Positions 52,701 through 61,437 of a stretch of DNA of 64,000 nt are shown here, in pieces; the stretch's first letter is position 1; each line of letters starts with the position of its first letter. The DNA comes from Marsupella aquatica. Its lineage: Eukaryota > Plantae > Marchantiophyta. Location of the stretch: the NCBI GenBank assembly GCA_973895155.1, contig OZ316896.1:19332754-19396753 (forward strand), read 5' to 3'. The position numbers and the translations under genes were made by a program. The notes under the pieces were generated by a model. The model saw only the letters and a program-made list of their open reading frames with translations, searched no databases and was not told the DNA's origin.

Positions 52701-52866
52701 GAAAAGTGAACTGGGCTTTCTTTGACGCCTCCAACGCATTGTTAACCAATTTTTGGACATCCGGGTCTTCAGGGTCATATTCATACAGAGAGTTATAATT
52801 GAAGTTCAATGACTCTTGAGAACTGGCGGAGGTGGTGGAAGCTTCAGAACTGGAGGAAGTAGACAT
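46797..52866 (-). pseudogene. Cargo gene: ParB/Srx-like + beta-class amino-DNA-methyltransferase-like + FCP1/NIF HAD phosphatase-like fusion (~1620 aa reconstructed)
   Basis: Phase-compatible GT-AG exons 52866-52698, 51929-50402, 50067-48031, 47909-47820, 47626-46797 (+35656-35447). ParB-like VFDIPVKSINPP...YRMFN...EISKSM...FLAISGQHSARA. MTase-like VNIHAKP..LQSIIEFFSAEGETILDFFSGG. Phosphatase-like KLLVLDLN, ERPYLHKFL, VAIWT, LKNL..IW, VLIDDSPLK. Several premature stops and frameshifts. Confidence 0.72.
52101..52470. repeat. 65-bp tandem array (~5.7 units) with palindromic core GCCTCGCCC-CAA-GGGCGAGGC
   Basis: ATTTAGGAAT at 52101, 52166, 52231, 52296, 52361 and ~52427. Solo copies of the core at ~50153, 50246, 50313, 52002, 52565, 52651, 53001 and 53025. 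Confidence 0.95.
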
Positions 52867-53966
52867 TGTAAGGGGCGAGTGAGATTTAAGATGACATGTG
52901 GCAGCAATGGAGATTGCCACAAGCTGCAAGAGGGCACTAACAGGCAAACAATGATCGAGGGAGCGACCCAAAAGGGAAGGGAGCAAGGCGGAAATAAAAG
53001 CCTTAGAGCGAGGCGGAAAAAAATCCCAAGAGCGAGGCAAGAGGCAGGCAAGGAAATGAGGCCTCAAGCGCAAGGCCTGCCTTCCTATACCCCCTGCGAG
53101 CAAGGAGTCCGAGGAGGCAAGGATCCGAGAGGGTACGGAGGCATCAATGCGCGCCAATGATGGAGACCCTCCTCGCTGCATGTGATCGTGAGTCACCGAT
53201 GGTGTGACCACTCACGACCACTCGCGACTCACCTACCAATTTTAAACTTCCGAGCTGTCAGCGGTGTGTGCTCGCAACTCACCTATCACTCGTGAGTGAT
53301 TGGCTGACACCCTATCCGATGTCTACTTGTGTGCTGGGTGCGTGCCTCATCCACCCGTGCCCGATCTTTGGTGTCCACTCGTGTGCTGGGTAATGTGTGG
53401 GCTTTTTGCCTCTCAAACTGAGTATAGACTTCCCACAATCCATTTTTTTGGTTCATTGTCATTTAGACAGTGATTGGTACGATCACTGACTCTCCTCTGT
53501 CCGAGTGCCTTGTTTAGGTCCGTATGGTTGAATGCAAGGTTTAGTAAGGGCACTGGTGAGCACTGTGGTGCTAAGAGTTACAATGCTGGCATCCAAGGTA
53601 CCCATTTAGCTTGTACAAGGGTGGGCAGAGATATATTGCGGAGCAGGTTAGTGATTTTATTTATTTATCTTAGAAGTACTAGCTCAACTACATCTAATTC
53701 AATACCTTTAAGCCAAACCTAGATTAAGATTTACACATTAGGTTCTAGATCATATATTTTACTCATTTCTAGACCTTTATCCACAGTCTAGCATGTGTAG
53801 AACTTACTATACCCCTTTATGTGATTACTAACATAGTTTCTAGAAGTGGGTCGGAATTATTTCATGCCGACCTGACTATGTCATCTTAACTAGCATTTTA
53901 AACTGGTATATAAAAGCATAAGCAAGATAGTTTCACAAATAGTTTTGACATAATTTCAACTTAATA

Positions 53967-54295
53967 GTTGGAGTAGGGTCGAAATAATTCCGACCCAACT
54001 TGTCAATGTTTAGTCAATTAAATCATTTTAAGACATATTGTTGGAGGAGGGTCGAAATAATTCCGATCCGACTTGTAAATGTTTAGTCAATTCAATCATT
54101 TTAAGACATATTGTTGGAGGAGGGTCGAAATAATTCCAACCCAACTTGTAAATGTTTAGTCAATTCAATCATTTCAAGACATATTGTTGGAGGAGGGTCG
54201 AAATAATTCCGACCCGACTTGTAAATGTTTAGTCAATTCAATCATTTCAAGACATAATGTTGGAGGAGGGTCGAAATAATTCCGACCCAACTTGA
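53967..54295. repeat. 73-bp tandem array (~4.5 units) with palindromic core GGGTCG-AAATAATTC-CGACCC
   Basis: GTCGAAATAA at 53978, 54051, 54124, 54197 and 54270. An inverted partial copy lies at ~53848. Confidence 0.95.
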
Positions 54296-54420
54296 ATGTA
54301 TTTAGGGTTTAGAGTGATTTTACAATATTTTTTGGAGGAGAGTCCAGATTTTGAAACATGATTGTAACATGGGGAACTTAACAATTTCTAACTTTATTTG
54401 AATACAGATAGTCCGCTATC

Positions 54421-57400
54421 ATGATCAATTTTACACGAGGGGATGAAGTGTCATTGGTGATCGATGGATTTGAAACGGCAATTGGGATAGTTCAAAAGGT
54501 TGACCCCCAGGATACTATACAGAACATTTGTCTAGTGGATAATCGAATTGGGGTATTGATCGAAAAGTGTTTTAATGGATCGCGTCAACTTCCATTTCCT
54601 TCGCCCAAATTTTCTACATTGGCTGAGGCAATTGACTCCTGCGTGATTTGGGATTGTGCATTGGCATACTTGAGGTCATCAACTCAGCGCCGAAGAATCA
54701 ATGTCGATGATTTCTCTTTGGCTGGAGATGCTGGAAATGATAAATCCAAAATTGATGCAAGGGTTGAAGAGGACGTGTTCAAGGAAGGAGATGAAGTTCA
54801 GATGTTCATTTTTGATCAGTTGGTTGCAAATGGAGTTGTTTTCAAGACAAATCCGATGGATATTTGTCATACTGAAACACTCGGGGTTGGTCGCATCAGT
54901 ATAAGAATATCTGATATTGTTAAGGGAAATCAAAAATTGCCATACTCGCACCCTGGAGCTGATACAATAGAAGAGGCCTTGCATACCTGGGTTATCTGGG
55001 ATGTTGCGCATGTTTCTAGAAAGGGCACTCTACGAGATTTTGGCGTGTTTGGTAGTTCAAATATTTTCAATGATCTTCCATTAAAAGATTTTACACTACG
55101 TTCCAACTGGATGGCGGAGGAGGTTGATTTGTATGACGCTTCTCGTTATCGGAAGGTTGCAACAGGTGTTATCACGGTCCCATTTGAAACAGGTGCCGTT
55201 GACGATGAACTTCTTAATTGGTGTAGATCATGTTGGTGTTGCTGTTGTGAATATCAATGAACCCGGATTATTTCCAAATATCCGTGTTGGTACCCCTGGC
55301 TTGGTGAGGTGGGAAATCAAATCCCTTCTATTGATTTCGTCTCAAAGGTTTCTTGGGGATATCCTTGAGGAAGTTTCAGAGAAGTGGATGGAGTCGGGTC
55401 AAACTAAGGGCGATCCGGATTCAGATGGTGATGGTAAACCTACAAAAAGACCATACAATTTCATTAGGAGGACAAAAGTTGATCTTGAGGAGAAGAAGAA
55501 AAGGCATTTGGAGTTGAGGGCACTTTTGAAAATTAACGAGGAGTCCATTGATTCCATCCAAAGAGAAGGTTGTTGCAAGCTAAAGTGTTGCTTGAACATG
55601 CCCAGGGAGGACTTAGAGGCAATGAGGAGGGAATACCATGGAATGTCAAGTGACAACAAAACAAGTCACATCTTTAGTCTCTTTGGGTGTAGAGAGGAGC
55701 AAGTCAAGAGAAAGGGATTTTTTGTTCTAAAGGGACGTGTGGTTTGTAAAGATGCATTTATTAAAATGCATGGGTTCAGTACAACAAAGTACTATGACTA
55801 CAAAAATCAATACGAAGCTGGTTGCACAATTGGTTTCCATGGAAATCAGGGACAACGGAAGACACGATCAAGCACTTTGCACGCTCGCGCCTTGTTGGAG
55901 TCCATTTTAATCCAAAATGGGGAACCAATGCCACATCTTCCCTATGGTGGGTCCAACGGCACTGACACTATTGAATATCGGCTCTCATCTTGTTTTACTA
56001 AGAAGGAGATTTTCTAAGAGGTGTTTACCAAGATGGAATTAGATGGGTTTGCTAAGGTTACTGAAGTTACTATGTACAACATCTGGAAAAACTCATTTGA
56101 TAATTTTGACTTTCACAAGGGAAGTGCATTTGCCAAGTGCACATTTTGCACTGAGTTCAAAGATCAATTGATGCGGGAGAAGAGAAAAAAAGAGCGTGCA
56201 GAGATTGAAGAGAAAAGAGCGCGACATCTTCGTGAACAATGTCAAGAAGATATGTTTACTATGCTCATAGGGTTCTTGCAAAGAAGGATCCTCAAAACTA
56301 TCTTTGCATTATTCACGATAAGATGGATCAAGCCAAGACTTGGATCCCCAGGTTGGTCCCCACTCCAAAATCCCTCTCTGGTAGTGGTCAGCCTTTGCCT
56401 ATTGCTCTTACTGGGATGTTAACCCATGGAAGAGATCCTGGAGTGTATGCACATTTCAGTTTGACTGGACTTTGGCTTGGAGATGCAGACTTTACCGTGA
56501 CATCTTTGGCCAAATGCCTCCAAGATTTGGAAGATTACACAGGAGACAAAACTGGAGACCTTCTTGAGGGATTGAATTGGAATGCAACTAGGCCAATATT
56601 TCAGTCCCTTCTAGACTTTGAAGCATTTCTGGCCGGTTACTTGGAACCCAAAAATGTTTCAATTGTTCGATTTCAAGGCATTGAAGATGGTCAGGAGACT
56701 AAAAAGTCAAGCACAGTGGATGTTGGTTCTAAGGATGATCCTGAGACTACTAGGGGCTCTTTCAAGCCCTTACCAAGGCACCTAACGTTGCAGATGGACA
56801 ATTCAGGGAAAGATAACAAAAATCAATATGTGATGGCATTTTGCACTGAGCTTGTTAGCAGGGGGTGTTTGAAACTGTGCAAATGGCATTCCTCATGGTT
56901 GGCCACACCCATGAAGACGTGGATGCATTATTTTCTCAAGTATCCAAACAGGTCAGATACAAAGAGGTTGCTACCCTCTTGGGGTTGATGGCTGAGGTTT
57001 GGGAGTGTGAAAGCATTCATCCTGTACCACGATTGATTCAAGAGGTTGCATCTTACAAGGAGTATTTGAAAACTTTCCAGGTGAAAGAGATAGAAGGTCA
57101 CTCAAAACCAGTGGCATTTCTTTTCTCCATGAGGGATAATGTGCCAGTGTATCAATATAAAGCACATGTCAAGCAACCTTGGCTTCCGGCAATGGGGAGG
57201 TCCATTTGGAGAACTGATCCCATCACAAATGCGCTCATTTTACCGGAAGGCCAACCATTTGCAAAACCTATATCTGGGGATGTACAAAAGAAGGCTGGAG
57301 AAATCATCCCATTCCTTAATCGCTATATTGATTTCTTGAAGAAAAGTTGTAAGGATGAGACCGCTGCAGCATATAAAGAGAGATTTCCTCTGGTCAAATA

Positions 57401-58139
57401 TTGGAAGAATCTTGTGCAAGCACTGTCCGAGGAACTTACAATAGAAGGGGAGGGGGAAAGACATTTGCCATTGACAATTGATTTTTGGCCAAAGACTAAC
57501 CATGGCACAGGTTACAAGATGATTTTGGGGACATCTCAACCGTCAAGTGAACCTTCTCAAAATCCAGAGATGATGGACCTTCAAAATGAGTACATGGAAG
57601 AGATGGAAGATCAAGCTGCACCCTTTGTTGGTGCACGACAAGAGCGAGAACCTGCACGTTGGATTCCTCTACAAGATATTCAAGAAGGTCACTTTGTATT
57701 TTTACGTCCAGAGGATGAATGGGAACAGGAAAATGGCAAAGGGCGTTTCTGGTTGGTTCGAGCTTTGGGTGGTGTGGATCCAAACCATGAGGTTCCCTCA
57801 ACAGATTTGCAACATATTGAAGGGTCTTCTTCAACGTCTGTTGAGAGCATTCCTCTTAGGAATGCTCCTATGTTCCAAGTACAATGGTGGAGGCCTAAAC
57901 ATGGTAAGCATGATGCAAAGGATGATGTTCGATATGAACGTTGCTTTCAAACCACTAAGACTTGGGAGCTGGATCCTGGGTTTGACAATGTTACTCAAAG
58001 TTGGCAGTTTGCAAATTCTGCAATGTATGGGTTTAAGTCAGGTGCTAAAGAACAAAATATTATGGATAGAGGTTTGACAATTACTAAGAATGTTTTGAAA
58101 ACTCTCAAAATTTACATGGAAGGTATAATTGATGAGTAG
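54421..58139 (+). pseudogene. Transposase of the CACTA-ended element (DUF7869/Sola1-like DDD core with three N-terminal tandem domains), ~1240 aa, disrupted
   Basis: IIHDKMDQ, LTLQMDNSGKDNKN and FLMVGHTHEDVDALFS acidic-triad motifs; CCKLKC, VCK and KCTFC Cys clusters. Three N-terminal repeats of GDEV...VA.G.V...LG...I...LP.P...T..EA....VIWD. Frameshifts at ~55215, ~56238 and ~56865; stop at 56015-56017. Confidence 0.82.
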
Positions 58140-58504
58140 ATTGATAGAACTCGTAGGTTACAAGTCTCCACTCAAATGACTTGTGATTAAGAGGGTCGAG
58201 TTGATTTCCATGCGTTTGTCTAAAGTGAGAGAACAAGACAATCAAATTAATACTCTATGATCTCTCAAAGTTATTGAATGGACTTTCTTATAATTATTAT
58301 TTTATTTGTCTTAGTATATTTTAATTCTAGAAAATGATGCCATTTCATTCCTTCTAGTAGGTTGGATATCATCCTAGTTAACTTTGTCTAGACAGTATAG
58401 TCATTCCATTGTATTGGTGCTTAGTTAGATATCTTACTCAAGCTAAATGTTTTGAATATAGATGCTATCCAAGCTTATATGTTATTACTAGATTCTATCT
58501 ATTT

Positions 58505-58690
58505 TCCAACCAAATGAACACTTTTATCACCCAAATGTTTTTTAATATCATCCAATTTAATATTTTATTTTCCCAAAATTTCATTTTTTTATCCCCAAAT
58601 TTACATTTAATGATGCTTGAATTTTCATTTTTCATCTTCCAAATTTACAATTTTCATGCCTAAAACTATGTTTTTAAATCGCCAAATTTC
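58505..58690 (+). repeat. Right subterminal CCAAAT repeats of the CACTA-ended element
   Basis: ACCAAAT, CCCAAAT, TCCAATT, CCCAAAA, CCCCAAAT, TCCAAAT and GCCAAAT at ~21-22-bp spacing. Confidence 0.6.
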
Positions 58691-60495
58691 CCTATATCCT
58701 TTATAATTTCAGTTTTAATGAATATAGTGATTCACACCCAATAATATATATCACAGTATACCAACAACATACTTAAACCATCCAGGAGTTTCATAAATTA
58801 TAGACTTTCAAAACATTATCTATTTATTTATTTTATCACTAATTTTATTTATTATTTATTTCACTTCTGTGACTTCAAATGAGAATTAGATTTTAATTTT
58901 CTATTTTACCTAGAGCTTAGCTTTGGAACACATCAACAAGCCTATGTGTTATGAAACACTCCTACCATATGCCTAGATGATTTAGTGGTACAAAATATAT
59001 AACAAATAGAGAAAAGAAATGCTGCTATAAGGAAACAAAGGGTCATTTATTTGAATGCAACTCTCTTGGCTGCATGGAAGTAGACATGTGAGTGCTAAAT
59101 CTTGCATAAAAATCTGGAGCACTATCTATATTGGCCACCTTTCTACCATCATGATGGTTGCAATCAAAAGTTGTGGAGTTTGCATGCTCAAATTGATATT
59201 CATGTAAAATAAAGTCAAGGACAAAAGCAATATTTTATGGCTTATACTTGCCCAATGGTGGGGTTCAATATAGTAGGGTGCAAAATAATATACTTAAATT
59301 ATCAAGAAAAACTTTTCTAAAAAAACTTGATAGGCACCCATGGAGACCTATTTTGGTAACTATCAACTCTTCTTGTATAGTGCTTTGATGTTGTGTTGCT
59401 AGTTGTTGCTATGTCTTGCTAGATGTGGCTTTTTTCTGTGAGCATTCATTTGATGCATTAATGTTGATGAGTGCCAATCAACCAATAGTTCATCTACATT
59501 AGGCTTAAACATCATACTCTTGCTAGAATAACTTTTTATGGTGGAATAGACGTATCTCACAATGAAATGGTATATATCGCATACTATGTTGTATATTAAC
59601 TGCAAAAATGTAATGTTGGGTGTAATGTATATCCCTCAAATGTGAGGATGAGGGGGGGGGGGATGATGTAGTTATTTATGAATATATGATTCTATTGCCT
59701 CACAGTTGCGAAACTTTTAACTCACGAAGCCTTCCCTTTGGCTTTTTCTATCTGCTTTCACTGATTGTTCCTATCATTTTCACGCTTTTATTTCATAATT
59801 GTTTCAGCTAGGTTTTCCATCAAACATTTATATTTCTTATTGCATATGATCATGTTGTTTGAGTCTCACCTGAGTCTCTAATGTCTACTTTGATGGGTCA
59901 ATTTTCTATTGTAAAAAGAAAATACTGTGATCCCGACTGTGATTCCCCATCCGATCTTTAAGCCCTACTCAAAATTTCAATTTATATTTGAAAACTTCTC
60001 ATCTAGCAAAATGCCTACAAGGCTCGTTTGAGGAATGATTGGCTACAATGGGATTATGACTCCATAATTATTACAGAAGCTTTATATTGAGACAAAGCAT
60101 ATCATTCCAATTGTCAAAAAGAGTCATAAGCTTGTTGCCATTCTGATGCTAAGAAAGGCCTTTGATCTAGTTCACACAATTTATGCATAGTGAAAACGTC
60201 CGGTCTATTGCATTGGCAACTTCCTAGGGAACATGCATCTTTGACCACTAGGGTTAAACCACTTGTTTTGCCATACTATTTGTTACAGACCAAAATTTTA
60301 TGATGCTTTCCTCCTCAAGGTGACCACCTTCGATCTGGTCTTCTGGGTTTTCAATGCCCCCTTGGAAAGCTGCCTGGCTGTTTCATTCTATATATGCCAT
60401 CACACTTACAGATCAGGCTATAATCTTTCAAGACTAAAATTGTACGCACCTGGTCCAGGGGTTGTCATAAAAGTGCGACTCAGAGGTTGTTGCTT

Positions 60496-61437
60496 TTAGA
60501 CAAAAAACTTCAAAGTATGGAAACGATTCATTTTCACAACAATCATCAAGTCATCAACATCCTCTATCCAAGGGTGTCTGCGCAGCTGATCAGCTGTCCA
60601 TCTCAATTTTGGTTCTTTGATGAGACATTTGCTCACGAAATCGTGAGCATGCGGTTTATCCTCCCATCCATTTTTGGGAATTTCCACAGTGAGGTTGGAA
60701 GATGCTTGAGGTCCTTGATATTTGTTTTCTCCCAACCCTGAATTGCTGGAATGATGTAATCGTGCTTGTCGTCCCATGAGCATCTCACACACCAAGCAAC
60801 CCACAGAAAAAACATCCATGGGAGGGCCCCATTCTGGCTGATTTGAGAAGCTTTCTGGAACTTTTTGTTGATCTCTTAGACGCACATAATGGTATTGAAT
60901 CCATTGGGGAGTTTTGAGTTTAGAGTCCCAGCTGAGCCCTAAATCACAAAGTTTTACCCTTTGATTACCAACTAAAACATTTGATCCATTGATGTTACCG
61001 TGGACAACCCCAATTGCATGCATAAATGAAATTGCATGGAGAAGGTCTCGTGTATACGCCTTGCAAACAGCTTCTGATAACTTTTGTGTCAGCAGCAATC
61101 GATTAAGATCCCCTTTGGGCATGTATTCTAGGAGAAGGTTCATTGTTCGTTTGTCCCCAAACTCTTTCACATGATCAGAGATTGATGTCCCAAAAAACTG
61201 GATGATTTGTGGACATTTGGAGAGACGTTCCAACATCTTCCTCTCATTTGTGAGGCAATATAGGGCTTTGGTATTGTCCATAGGTACAGACTTGACGGCA
61301 ATTTTTTGCTTGTCAACGCTGTCATGGTCAATCCCTTCAAAAATTGTGCTAGATGCTCCATGATAAATCAATCTGCCCCTTGACCAATTTCTCACTTGTT
61401 GAACAACCTCTTTACCTTTGATTGCGAGAATAGGCAT
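60496..61437 (-). CDS. Intronless MAP3K-like Ser/Thr kinase-fold protein, probable pseudokinase
   Basis: WSRGRLI, IAVKS, NE..ML..L..CPQIIQFFG, NLLLEYMPKGDL, YTRDLL, VKLCDLG, DVFSVGCLVCEML.G, DFVSKCL...P..RWTADQL..HPWI. The catalytic loop reads HGNINGSN. Confidence 0.85.
   Translation of the reverse strand: MPILAIKGKEVVQQVRNWSRGRLIYHGASSTIFEGIDHDSVDKQKIAVKSVPMDNTKALYCLTNERKMLERLSKCPQIIQFFGTSISDHVKEFGDKRTMNLLLEYMPKGDLNRLLLTQKLSEAVCKAYTRDLLHAISFMHAIGVVHGNINGSNVLVGNQRVKLCDLGLSWDSKLKTPQWIQYHYVRLRDQQKVPESFSNQPEWGPPMDVFSVGCLVCEMLMGRQARLHHSSNSGLGENKYQGPQASSNLTVEIPKNGWEDKPHAHDFVSKCLIKEPKLRWTADQLRRHPWIEDVDDLMIVVKMNRFHTLKFFV

Larger units (their letters stand above)
34986..58729. mobile_element. Large DNA transposon with CACTA termini (23,744 bp; ~12.6 kb without the nested insert)
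   Basis: Perfect 20-bp TIRs CACTATATTCATTAAAACTG (34986-35005) and CAGTTTTAATGAATATAGTG (58710-58729), with AT on both flanks (putative 2-bp TSD). It encloses a DDD transposase gene and a divergent cargo gene. Confidence 0.88.

Noticed and set aside
53967-54295. Second CRISPR-like or tRNA-sized (73-bp) array
   Set aside because: Whole units are repeated, with no variable spacers, no cloverleaf and no A/B boxes.
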